Shown here piece after piece: positions 29,094-37,210 of a stretch of DNA of 40,829 nucleotides. The notes under the pieces were generated by a model. That model ran no database searches. It saw only the letters and a list, made by a program, of their open reading frames with translations, and had not been told where the DNA came from. The stretch is from Escherichia phage P483. Numbering within the stretch: the stretch's first letter is position 1; every line of letters starts with the position of its first letter. Location: the sequence record NC_028822.1; one strand, written 5' to 3'. Made by a program: the position numbers and the translations under genes.

Positions 29094-30105
29094 CGCTTGT
29101 TTCCTCCATGTAGTTTACTTGACACTGCCAGCCCTGATAAGGGTTAACCCAATCACTCTCAGTTCTTACATTTAGGATGTTTGTAGCATCAAAAACGTTA
29201 TTGGTAAACTCATCCATCAACGCTTGGCTAATGTTGTTGGCAGAGACTACGCGACCGGACTCAAGGAGAACCTCGAAGCCAATCACTTTACCTTCGTTAG
29301 CCAGACCCGGAGTACCCCAATTGAGTCCCACAATGACACCATCAGCTTCACACTCAGGCTTCATCTTCCAGTAGCCAGACTTCTTGCCACGCATGTAGAA
29401 GCCCAGAGGGTCTTTGACTACCAGACCTTCATGACCATCGGCACGGGCTTTCTCATAGAGGGCATTCAGTTCTACCATATCGTAGACCTCGTAGCTCTCA
29501 GAGATGTCCCATTCGATTTCAGGGAAGTGCTCACGCAGCACTGGCAGCATAGCCTTAACGTGCTCGCGCATCAGTAGGTTCATCACTTCGTAGGTCTCAC
29601 CGGAGACCATAGAGTCAAACGGCATGACACCATAGAGGATAACCTTTAGTTTCTCAGTGTCTAGGTGGAATGGAATCTTACCATCAACCGTGAAGTCACC
29701 ATTCTTGTTCTTCTTGAGAGGGACACCAGCCACATCATTGTGAGCCAGTAGGTTGTCCGTCTTGACCCACTTGGTACGCAGGAGGCCAGACCCTGTGTTA
29801 AAGTCCACGCCTTTGACCATCAGTTCACCATCAAGCATGAAGCCATCAGGGAAGATACAGCGGTCGTCTTTCAGGAGCATCTCCCAGCGCTTGTCGTACC
29901 CGTTGAGATGTGACAGAGCAGGAATCTCTTTAGAGACACGAGAGAGCCACAATGAGTCAGCCGTATTGTCAACTACAATGTTACCACGAACGCCATCATA
30001 TTTAATGTCAGCAATCAGGTAGCCAGCTTTGTCGAGAGCTTTATTAACGGCAGACTCAACGAATGATACAGCTTTATGTGGATTTGTCTTGAATGTGATT
30101 TCCAT
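29023..30105 (-). CDS. 1.3: ATP-dependent DNA ligase (T7 gp1.3-like)
   Basis: Start at internal ATG 30105 with SD TAGGAGT; KYDGVRG adenylation motif; 360 aa; strong similarity to T7 ligase as recalled. Confidence 0.95.
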   Translation of the reverse strand: MEITFKTNPHKAVSFVESAVNKALDKAGYLIADIKYDGVRGNIVVDNTADSLWLSRVSKEIPALSHLNGYDKRWEMLLKDDRCIFPDGFMLDGELMVKGVDFNTGSGLLRTKWVKTDNLLAHNDVAGVPLKKNKNGDFTVDGKIPFHLDTEKLKVILYGVMPFDSMVSGETYEVMNLLMREHVKAMLPVLREHFPEIEWDISESYEVYDMVELNALYEKARADGHEGLVVKDPLGFYMRGKKSGYWKMKPECEADGVIVGLNWGTPGLANEGKVIGFEVLLESGRVVSANNISQALMDEFTNNVFDATNILNVRTESDWVNPYQGWQCQVNYMEETSDGSLRHPSFSCFRGTEDNPKEKI

Positions 30106-30156
30106 GATGGAACTCCTATATGTGTGTGTGTTATGGTTAATGTTTAAACAAAAGTT

Positions 30157-30194
30157 AATCACAAAGGCCAACCTTTCGGATGACCTTGAGTCTA
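30157..30194 (-). other. Putative RNase III processing hairpin (R1.3 position)
   Basis: aatcacAAAGGCCAacctttcggaTGACCTTGAGTcta motif. Confidence 0.45.
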
Positions 30195-30196
30195 CC

Positions 30197-30219
30197 TCTC
30201 GCAATAGTGAGTCGTATTA
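30197..30219 (-). promoter_or_regulatory. Phage RNAP promoter phi1.3
   Basis: Minus strand reads TAATACGACTCACTATTGCGAGA. Confidence 0.8.
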
Positions 30220-30489
30220 TTTCCAGTGCTTCATATCACTGTGAACCTTGCGGAGCCATTCAGTCTGTGCATTACAGCGAACGTCTGCATCATCCTGTTC
30301 GAAACACTTAGCGGTCAGCATTAAGCCATCCCGTAAGACCACTCGAAGTGTCTCTCCTGCGACCATCCGGCGCTGTGCGAAGTCCTCATAGCGATAAGTC
30401 TCAACGACCACATTTGCATCATGGTCTTCTTTAAGTCGTTCGATAGCGTCTTTGTATGCTATTAAGTTACCACTGTATAAGCGACCCAT
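30217..30489 (-). CDS. 1.2: Inhibitor of host dGTPase (T7 gp1.2-like)
   Basis: 90 aa; N-terminus MGRLYSGNL and C-terminus ...KHWK resemble T7 gp1.2 as recalled. Confidence 0.8.
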   Translation of the reverse strand: MGRLYSGNLIAYKDAIERLKEDHDANVVVETYRYEDFAQRRMVAGETLRVVLRDGLMLTAKCFEQDDADVRCNAQTEWLRKVHSDMKHWK

Positions 30490-30638
30490 TAGAGTGCCTC
30501 CTTCCAGTTGCGTTTCTCAGAGTTTCCACGTTGTGTCTTGTGGCGTTTCTTCATGCGGTCTTTACGTTCCTGCCATTCAGCACCATGTTCATTGATGATG
30601 TTGTTGCGCTTAGTGGTTGGTTCAAAGTTGGTACGCAT
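30489..30638 (-). CDS. 1.1: Small basic protein (T7 gp1.1-like)
   Basis: 49 codons, MRTNFEPTTKRNNIINEHGAEWQERKDRMKKRHKTQRGNSEKRNWKEAL; SD AGAGGA; not in the ORF track. Confidence 0.7.
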   Translation of the reverse strand: MRTNFEPTTKRNNIINEHGAEWQERKDRMKKRHKTQRGNSEKRNWKEAL

Positions 30639-30673
30639 AATGTTATTTCCTCTTGGTAGTATCGTTGACAGTT

Positions 30674-30712
30674 AATAATGAAGGCCACCATGTAGATGAC
30701 CTTGAGTTTAAC
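30674..30712 (-). other. Putative RNase III processing hairpin (R1.1 position)
   Basis: aataatGAAGGCCAccatgtagaTGACCTTGAGTTtaac motif. Confidence 0.45.
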
Positions 30713-30720
30713 TTTCAGTG

Positions 30721-30743
30721 TTTCCCATTAGTGAGTCGTATTG
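30721..30743 (-). promoter_or_regulatory. Phage RNAP promoter phi1.1
   Basis: Minus strand reads CAATACGACTCACTAATGGGAAA. Confidence 0.8.
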
Positions 30744-31285
30744 TCTGCAACCTTACGTGCAATCTCAATGCGACCAGCTACGTCTTTCTTATAATAGGTG
30801 AACTCTTTGCGCTCACCATCAGTGCACGTCTGTGTCAGCAGGTAGCGGTCCGACTGTTCTTTCCAGTGCAAACATGTAACCTCTTTGCCGCAAGACCCTA
30901 TACCTAGCTTGAACTCAGTGCGCTTCCATCCAGCATCCGGGATGTGAGCAGTAAACTTGATAGACGTGATGTCACTGTGAGTGTACTCACGGATGGTACT
31001 CTTTGCCTCTTTAAGTTCCTTGCGGTACTCCACTGCCTCACCACGTAGACGCTCAATGAGTTCTCGTTGGTTCGACATGTCATATCGTTGTTCGAACTCT
31101 AAGGTACGGATTCGACCAGCTAGTTCCTGCTTCTCTCGCCATCCATCTTCAAGTCTCTCTTTGAGTGCATGAGAGTTCTTCTCTTCTTTGATTAGCTTAG
31201 TGAGAAATACATTTGAACGATTATAGTATGTTGCTGCAAGAATGGTTGATACGAGAACACCTACTGAAGTGATGAAAGTAAACAT
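30728..31285 (-). CDS. Hypothetical membrane-anchored coiled-coil protein (T3 gene 1.05 slot; no T7 counterpart)
   Basis: 185 aa; N-terminal TM helix MFTFITSVGVLVSTILAATYY, central charged coiled coil, C-terminal Cys-containing region; SD AAGAGGAAA; preceded by its own phage promoter. Confidence 0.7.
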   Translation of the reverse strand: MFTFITSVGVLVSTILAATYYNRSNVFLTKLIKEEKNSHALKERLEDGWREKQELAGRIRTLEFEQRYDMSNQRELIERLRGEAVEYRKELKEAKSTIREYTHSDITSIKFTAHIPDAGWKRTEFKLGIGSCGKEVTCLHWKEQSDRYLLTQTCTDGERKEFTYYKKDVAGRIEIARKVADNTTH

Positions 31286-31344
31286 GATTATGTTTCCTCT
31301 TAAAGTTAAACTTAAAGTTATCTTAAAGTAGGGAAACCCAAGGG

Positions 31345-31367
31345 TCTCCCAATAGTGAGTCGTATTA
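31345..31367 (-). promoter_or_regulatory. Phage RNAP promoter immediately downstream of gene 1 (T7 phi1.1A equivalent)
   Basis: Minus strand reads TAATACGACTCACTATTGGGAGA; the transcript starts with a 9-bp 5' stem-loop GGGAGACCC-UU-GGGUUUCCC. Confidence 0.9.
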
Positions 31368-31375
31368 GATTACCA

Positions 31376-34027
31376 TCAGGCAAAAGCGAAGTCTGACTTG
31401 AGGATTTCTTGGAGGTCGAGAGCACCTTTAGCTGGCATCTCAGGCATCTTGTCAAGCTGTGACTCGTGCAACTGCTCGGCAAATTGCTCATAGAAGTCTG
31501 CGAGTACATCGTTTTCTTCGTAAGTGTTGACCATCGTTTCACGCACTGCTTTAAACAGGTTGCCAGCATCAGCAGGGATAGTACCAAATGAGTCGTGAAT
31601 AAGTGCAAAGGATTCCACACCGTATACCTCATTGGAGCGCACTACAGTCATTCGCAGGTGGCTACCGTCCATTGAGTGAACAAAGTTAGGTGCGATGCCT
31701 GACTCCTGCTTACGTGCGTCAATTCCGCTATCCTTGTTGGTGTTCACGGTAGGCTGCAAACGAATCTGCCCCAAGAACATCAGGTTCAAACGAGTCTGTA
31801 CTGGCTTCTTGTATTCCTGCCAGACCGGGAAGCCATCAGGAGTTACCCAATGTACCGCGCAGCGCTTGCGGAGAACCTCTTTAGTCTTCTTGTCCTTGAC
31901 TTCAGCAGCTAGGAGTTTAGCCGCAGACTTCAGCCAGTTCATTGCTTCAACCGCAGCGACCACAGTCACTGTTACCGATTCCCAAATCAGTTTAGCCATA
32001 TAGCCAGCCGCTTGGTTCGGTTGAGTGAACATCAAGCCTTTACCATCGTCGATAGCTGGCTGAATGGTGTCCTCTAGCACTTGGTCACGGAAGCCGTACT
32101 CCTTGGACCCGTAAGCCAACGTCATGACCGAACGCTTAGTGACCTTGCGAGTCACACCGTAGGCCAGCCACTGACCAGCTAACTCTTTCGTTCCCAGCTT
32201 GAGCTTCTCAGTGATTTCACCAGTGTCCTTGTTTGTCACTGTTTCCACTTCGTTATCAGTGCCGTTGATTACCGCTTCGCGGAGCATCTCGTTCACACGT
32301 TCGGCAACGATGCGGTAGATGTCCTGTACTTCCTTGCTTGGCAGCAGGTTAACAGCGCGTCCACCTACTTCATCACGAAGCATTGCAGAGAAGTGTTGAA
32401 TACCAGAGCAAGAGCCATCGAACGCCAGCGGCAGAGAGCAGTTGTAGTTCATACCGTGGTGTTGCACACCTGCATACTCAAAGCAGAATGCGAGGAAGCA
32501 GAACGGAGAGTCTTGTTCAGCCCACCAAGTGTTAGCAATAGGGTCAGCCGCAACGCTCATGATGTTCTCGTGGTTGTCCTCAATGAACTTGATGCGTTCT
32601 GCAAAGTCCACCTTGTCCACACCAGCAGTGTTTGCACCGTGAATCTTCAGCCAGTAGTATCCATCAACACCGATTGGTTTACCTTTAGCGAGCGTTAACA
32701 GACCCTTGGTCATGTCGTTGCCTTGCGGGTTAAACATCGGTACAGCGTAGACACGACCGCGCCAGTCCATGTTCATAGGGAACCAGATAGCTTTAAACTG
32801 TGCGAACTTGTTGGCTTGCCCTAACATGAACTCCATGCTCATACGACGAGACACGCGAGCCTTCTCCTTGCGGTAGATTGCGGAGGCCGCTTTCTTCCAT
32901 GCTTTGAGTGCCGCTTCGTTCGTGTCGATGTCTTCAGGTTTAACCGGAAGTTCACCACGTTCGAGAGCAGGTACATCTTCAACCGGGCAATGCTTCCAGT
33001 TCACAATCTCGTTGACCACTGCCAGAACCTTCTTGTTAATCTTCCAAGGAGTATTCTGTGCGATGTTAACCGCCTTGTAAACTTCAGGCATATGCACGTC
33101 GTTGTAACGCTCAAGTCCCTTCTTGGAACCAGTGCGAACCAGAGAGAGAGGCTTGCGACCAGCAGCCCAATAGCCACCACCAACCGGAGAAGTCCAAGGC
33201 TTCGGAGGGACCACACAAGGTTGATACATTGGAGCGATTGCAGCCAGTGCACCAGCACGTTTAGATAACAGGTCAACGTATTGTTCGGTTAACTGGATGT
33301 ACTCACCATCCTTCTCAACGTTACCAGCAAACGGTCGGTGTAACTCAACGAGACCAGTAGACCCAATGAGCAGTTCCAACATACGTACACCAACGTGGAT
33401 TGCTTCTTCAGGTGTCCATGTGGTCCACTTGGTTTGCAGTTGACCAGCATCTAACATCTTGCCTTCTACTGCTTGCATGAATGCCTTCTTGTAGACGATA
33501 CCTACGCGCTTGTTTAGTGCTTCCTGTACGTGATTCTTAAAGTGCTTCGCTTCTTCGTCACGAATGCGACCGAAACGCAGTTCATCTTCAATGCTGCGAC
33601 CAATCTTAGTTGCGACCGCTTGCAGGTTGGTGTATTCCTCTTTGGTTAAACAAGCCAGTGTGACCTTCAGTGTGATGAAAGCAGCCGCTTCAGGTGCAAC
33701 CTTCTGTACCAGATTATAGGCCACTGGACGCTTACCGCGCTTAGATTCCACTTCAGTGAACCAAGTGTTCCACGCCTCGATAAACTTCGGTGCGAGGGAT
33801 GACAGGAGAGGTTTAGCCACTGCGTTGTCACCGAACTCACCCGCTTTGATTTGACGCTCCATTGCCTTAAGGAAACGCTTCTCGCCCTCAGTGTGCGCTT
33901 CGTGTTCTAACTCAAGCTGAGTAGCAGCAAGCTGTGCGCCGTAATGGTCAGCCAGAATGTTGTACGGCTGGATTGCGTTAGCGATGTCAGAGAAGTCATT
34001 CTTTGGTGCATTGATTACGTTAGTCAT
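31376..34027 (-). CDS. 1: DNA-directed RNA polymerase, single subunit (T7 gp1-like)
   Basis: 883 aa, identical in length to T7 RNAP; long stretches match as recalled, including the specificity-loop region RKRCAVHWVTPDGFPVWQEYKKP and QPTVNTNKDSGIDARKQESGIAPNFVHS. Confidence 0.97.
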   Translation of the reverse strand: MTNVINAPKNDFSDIANAIQPYNILADHYGAQLAATQLELEHEAHTEGEKRFLKAMERQIKAGEFGDNAVAKPLLSSLAPKFIEAWNTWFTEVESKRGKRPVAYNLVQKVAPEAAAFITLKVTLACLTKEEYTNLQAVATKIGRSIEDELRFGRIRDEEAKHFKNHVQEALNKRVGIVYKKAFMQAVEGKMLDAGQLQTKWTTWTPEEAIHVGVRMLELLIGSTGLVELHRPFAGNVEKDGEYIQLTEQYVDLLSKRAGALAAIAPMYQPCVVPPKPWTSPVGGGYWAAGRKPLSLVRTGSKKGLERYNDVHMPEVYKAVNIAQNTPWKINKKVLAVVNEIVNWKHCPVEDVPALERGELPVKPEDIDTNEAALKAWKKAASAIYRKEKARVSRRMSMEFMLGQANKFAQFKAIWFPMNMDWRGRVYAVPMFNPQGNDMTKGLLTLAKGKPIGVDGYYWLKIHGANTAGVDKVDFAERIKFIEDNHENIMSVAADPIANTWWAEQDSPFCFLAFCFEYAGVQHHGMNYNCSLPLAFDGSCSGIQHFSAMLRDEVGGRAVNLLPSKEVQDIYRIVAERVNEMLREAVINGTDNEVETVTNKDTGEITEKLKLGTKELAGQWLAYGVTRKVTKRSVMTLAYGSKEYGFRDQVLEDTIQPAIDDGKGLMFTQPNQAAGYMAKLIWESVTVTVVAAVEAMNWLKSAAKLLAAEVKDKKTKEVLRKRCAVHWVTPDGFPVWQEYKKPVQTRLNLMFLGQIRLQPTVNTNKDSGIDARKQESGIAPNFVHSMDGSHLRMTVVRSNEVYGVESFALIHDSFGTIPADAGNLFKAVRETMVNTYEENDVLADFYEQFAEQLHESQLDKMPEMPAKGALDLQEILKSDFAFA

Positions 34028-34057
34028 TGTTGCCTCACGTTGTTGAGAAAGTTTATC

Positions 34058-34093
34058 TATAAAGGCCAGCAGTCAGTGCCGACCTTGAAGATA
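34058..34093 (-). other. Putative RNase III processing hairpin (R1 position)
   Basis: ctatAAAGGCCAgcagtcagtgccGACCTTGAAGata motif between kinase and RNAP genes. Confidence 0.45.
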
Positions 34094-34100
34094 CACCTTA

Positions 34101-35198
34101 TCAGCCCATGAACAATACGTCCATCATTTTGTCAATCATCAGTGGTGCGCCAGCTTGGATAGCCAGACCGTCAGCCACTTGCCACTTGAAGCCGTTCACT
34201 TGGTCAATCTTGCGGACCGTTGCGTTACCATTACGCAGCCAGAAGTCATGCCATGCAGACCCCATGAGCATCTCAGCACGGCGTTCGTTGCGCTCAATCA
34301 CACCGCGTTCCCTACGGATTGCCATAAAGTGTAAGCGGTCACGTTCAGCCACCTTGGCACGTAACTTACGGTTACGCTTGCGGCGTTTCATGTTGGCTTT
34401 CTTGTTCATCCAGTAAGTGCCATTAGGGTCACGCTTGGCCTTGCGGTTGCGGCAACGTTCAATCATACGTTCTTGCGCTACAGCCTCGACCTCGGCCAGC
34501 AGTGCTTCAGGGTCCAGAGGAAAACCGTCCTCACGTTCACGGTCATGTGAGAAACTCACCGGGTCAGTGATGTACGGAACATCGTTATCGTCGAACATAA
34601 TGTTCCCACTGTGCATGTCGAAGGATGCAATGCCTTTGAAGAACTCACGAATCATTTTGCAGGTTTCGATGAACTCGTAGTCACCCGGTGCAAAGTCGCT
34701 TGCGTCATGGCAATCCGACTCCACAAAGTAACGTGCGAGGTCAGCGTATACCTCATGGTCATAATTATTGCGGTCGCAACTGTTCAAGTGGTCCAATACA
34801 ACCGTATAGCAACCTGCATGACGTGCTACGTGATAGACGTTAGGGATACCCGCTCGGCCTTGGTGCATCCTACAGAATGCAGTGTATGCAGCGCCTGAAT
34901 CCTCTTTCTTAAAGCCAACCTTGATGACTCGACCCGGTAACAATTCGTGCGAGTAGGCCGCGCTGAAGTGACCATTGCCTAACATGCGGAATCCTGCATC
35001 ACGCATCAGTGCGCCCAAGGTGTTCCACCAGTCCTGATACTCCAAGCCGTTCGAGCCATCGGTGTCGTTTCCGTCACATGTTTCACCGTTCACGATGTCA
35101 GCAGCCAGTTCGACCAAAAGAGGCTGGCGCTTGTCCAAGTCGCTAATCGGGAGAGACTTGATGATTGCCAGACGTGCCTGAATGTCGGTGTAATTCAT
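34101..35198 (-). CDS. 0.7: Serine/threonine protein kinase, host shut-off (T7 gp0.7-like)
   Basis: 365 aa; GNGHFSAAYSH, VIKVGFKKEDSGAAYTAFCRM, FDMHSGNIMF, VPYITDPVSFS match T7 gp0.7 as recalled. Confidence 0.9.
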   Translation of the reverse strand: MNYTDIQARLAIIKSLPISDLDKRQPLLVELAADIVNGETCDGNDTDGSNGLEYQDWWNTLGALMRDAGFRMLGNGHFSAAYSHELLPGRVIKVGFKKEDSGAAYTAFCRMHQGRAGIPNVYHVARHAGCYTVVLDHLNSCDRNNYDHEVYADLARYFVESDCHDASDFAPGDYEFIETCKMIREFFKGIASFDMHSGNIMFDDNDVPYITDPVSFSHDREREDGFPLDPEALLAEVEAVAQERMIERCRNRKAKRDPNGTYWMNKKANMKRRKRNRKLRAKVAERDRLHFMAIRRERGVIERNERRAEMLMGSAWHDFWLRNGNATVRKIDQVNGFKWQVADGLAIQAGAPLMIDKMMDVLFMG

Positions 35199-35232
35199 TA
35201 GATTGTGTCCTATTTAAGAAAGAAGATTAATG

Positions 35233-35433
35233 TTATTTGTGCGTTGCGATGTAAAAGATTCCCACCTTGTTAGCCTTAAAGCGTCCATTGCGTTCACGGA
35301 CAGTGAAGCGCGGCAGGAAGCCATACTTTAGGTGCGAGAAGTTAGCTTTGTGTACCTTGAGACCCTTGCGGAAGTCTCGAAGGAAGTACAGCGCGATTAG
35401 AGTGTAAACGAGTGCAACAAGTGTATATAACAT
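35233..35433 (-). CDS. Hypothetical small membrane protein (early region)
   Basis: 66 aa with N-terminal hydrophobic helix; weak SD. Confidence 0.45.
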   Translation of the reverse strand: MLYTLVALVYTLIALYFLRDFRKGLKVHKANFSHLKYGFLPRFTVRERNGRFKANKVGIFYIATHK

Positions 35434-35466
35434 GTGGTGTTACCTTATAGAGTTCAAATAGCGTTA

Positions 35467-35667
35467 TCAGTCATTCCAGCCCGCACATGTTGCTTGGTGT
35501 ATCACGCAGGCTTGGTATTCTTCTTGTGCCAAAACCTCGTTCACCCAATGTGTGACCTGTTTACCGTATCGCACAACGTAGGTGCTACCCATTGCCCCGT
35601 GATCATACTCTCGTAGTGTTACAGTGCATTGGCCTTTGATTTTAGATGTTGCCAGAAGTTTACTCAT
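35467..35667 (-). CDS. Hypothetical early protein
   Basis: First in-frame ATG at 35667 (MSKLLATSKIKGQ...); 66 aa; the ORF-track start at 35712 is a GTG. Confidence 0.5.
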   Translation of the reverse strand: MSKLLATSKIKGQCTVTLREYDHGAMGSTYVVRYGKQVTHWVNEVLAQEEYQACVIHQATCAGWND

Positions 35668-35696
35668 GGTGTTAGTCCTATTGCATGTTAAATGAT

Positions 35697-35738
35697 AATC
35701 ATGAAAGGCCACTCACAAGGAGCGACCTTGAGTTTATC
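35697..35738 (-). other. Putative RNase III processing hairpin (R0.5 position)
   Basis: aatcatGAAAGGCCActcacaaggagcGACCTTGAGTTtatc motif. Confidence 0.45.
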
Positions 35739-35740
35739 AC

Positions 35741-36199
35741 TTACTGTACTTGCCAGCGGCGACCGAACTCATCAATCGTGAAGCAACCTTGAAGCGGTGC
35801 GCCTTTAGGCACTTCTTGGAAGCTACCCGGTAAACGTTCAGCTTTATAGCCGTCAATGCCTTTAGCATACACTAAGCCAGCCGTGTGAGTCTGTGACTTA
35901 TAGACCAGTACGCAGTCCTGTTCAAACTCATTACATGCCAGACGTGCGACCGCTATTGCTTGAGCTTTGTTGGCACAGCGTACACGAACAGTCAGTTCCT
36001 CAGTCGGTGCACTTGCGATAGCCTCCCGATAACAACCAGTCAAATCTGTAGACTCAACGCTACCGTATTCAAGCGGTGCATTACGCAGTGAGTTAACCAT
36101 GTGACGATGACGACTCATATTTACTTCGTCGCAGAGGTTAGAGCGGAACGCTGATACCAGTACATAGAATACGTTTGCAGGTTCGTTAGTGTAAATCAT
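35741..36199 (-). CDS. 0.3: S-adenosyl-L-methionine hydrolase/lyase (T3 gp0.3 SAMase-like anti-restriction protein)
   Basis: 152 aa; MIYTNEPANVFYVLVSAFRSNLCDEVNMSRHRHMV...GCFTIDEFGRRWQVQ is near-identical to T3 SAMase as recalled. Confidence 0.9.
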   Translation of the reverse strand: MIYTNEPANVFYVLVSAFRSNLCDEVNMSRHRHMVNSLRNAPLEYGSVESTDLTGCYREAIASAPTEELTVRVRCANKAQAIAVARLACNEFEQDCVLVYKSQTHTAGLVYAKGIDGYKAERLPGSFQEVPKGAPLQGCFTIDEFGRRWQVQ

Positions 36200-36465
36200 G
36201 ATAGTGCCTCATTATGTGTGTGTTAGTGATTATCATTAAAGAGCACACGTTGTTACTTAATGTATGCCCTTGAGTTAATCGCTATCGGCGTTATCACTGT
36301 TTAAACGCTTGTGCGTTCACGTCATCCCCGTAGTTCTTGACTACCTGTCTCGCAGTAAGGGAATTACACGACCAAATTGTTAAAGAGCTTTAAGTGCAGG
36401 TTTGTTAGCACCGAGTCACTTTCAGTGTGTGACCTCACAAGAACGTTATGTAGTGCATGTGGTAC

Positions 36466-36494
36466 AGCTTACAGTTTTTAAAGGAGACTGTCAA
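36466..36494 (-). promoter_or_regulatory. Sigma70-type early promoter (A3-like)
   Basis: Minus strand -35 TTGACA (36489-36494), 17-bp spacer, -10 TAAGCT (36466-36471). Confidence 0.55.
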
Positions 36495-36613
36495 CCTGTT
36501 ATTCTTTTATGCGATGAGTGACCGAATTCGACTCATGGCTAGTGCCTTATCCGTTGGCGGGTCACGGGCAGGTTTCTCGGTTCCTATCCCTACACCCTTA
36601 CTGCATGTCGTGC

Positions 36614-36643
36614 ATCTTACATCTTATCTTTACTGCTTGTCAA
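36614..36643 (-). promoter_or_regulatory. Sigma70-type early promoter (A2-like)
   Basis: Minus strand -35 TTGACA (36638-36643), 18-bp spacer, -10 TAAGAT (36614-36619). Confidence 0.55.
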
Positions 36644-36705
36644 CACCTTTCTTACCGTGACACCTCATGTTGTTTCAGAGGGTAGTCGTTGTGTTGACGT
36701 TGTGT

Positions 36706-36734
36706 AGCTTACTGCTTTGTTACCGTTGAGTCAA
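36706..36734 (-). promoter_or_regulatory. Sigma70-type early promoter
   Basis: Minus strand -35 TTGACT (36729-36734), 17-bp spacer, -10 TAAGCT (36706-36711). Confidence 0.5.
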
Positions 36735-36840
36735 CCACTTTCATATGTCTGGTTGATGACTACTTGAGACTCTTCAGCTTTACTAGATAACTCGCGGTAT
36801 TGTCTAGTAGTTGGTAGCGTTGTGTCTCTCAACGGTTGCT

Positions 36841-36869
36841 ATAGTCTCATAAGCCATTATCAATGTCAA
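36841..36869 (-). promoter_or_regulatory. Sigma70-type early promoter (A1-like)
   Basis: Minus strand -35 TTGACA (36864-36869), 17-bp spacer, -10 GACTAT (36841-36846). Confidence 0.6.
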
Positions 36870-36961
36870 CACTCAATCTTAAAGAATCTTAAAGCCTCTC
36901 TTTAAGTTGTCTTATAGTCTCTTATAGTGGACATAAAGAGAGAATGACCATTATTAGTGTT

Positions 36962-36979
36962 TCTCTCTCTCTCTCTCTC
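36962..36979 (-). repeat. (TC)9 / (GA)9 dinucleotide microsatellite at the phiOL transcription start
   Basis: tctctctctctctctctc read directly; the transcript would begin GAGAGAGAGAGAGAGAGA. Confidence 0.9.
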
Positions 36980-36996
36980 AATAGTGAGTCATATTA
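36974..36996 (-). promoter_or_regulatory. Phage RNAP promoter phiOL
   Basis: Minus strand reads TAATATGACTCACTATTGAGAGA. Confidence 0.75.
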
Positions 36997-37135
36997 AAGG
37001 CTATTGACTCTAAGCCATCTTTAAGGCACTATAAACACTCAGTCGATTCTACTTGTCTCTCTCATTACTCAGAGACTGCTAAACAGAGTAAGATAGTGAT
37101 TCCCCTTTGTGACGAAGCCTATTGTCACTGATAAA

Positions 37136-37210
37136 CATAAGGCACTGACTGAAGGTTAACATAAGGATAGGCATGGTCATAAGGTGATAACTCAAGGTGA
37201 TGACATAAGG
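37136..37210 (-). repeat. Four CCTTATG heptamer repeats between the predicted terminal repeat and phiOL (analogous to T7 CCTAAAG repeats)
   Basis: cataagg at 37136, 37160, 37178, 37204; three more at 37464, 37490, 37568 on the other side of the predicted end. Confidence 0.6.

Noticed and set aside
36200-36300. Possible RNase III site in the gene 0.3 leader (CCCTTGAGTTA at about 36267-36277)
   Set aside because: Only the downstream half of the shared motif is present; the upstream aaGGCCA half is missing, so it was not called
36457-36660. 67-aa plus-strand ORF in the early promoter region
   Set aside because: Overlaps the minus-strand sigma70-type promoters, has no SD and is in the otherwise non-coding leader; likely spurious
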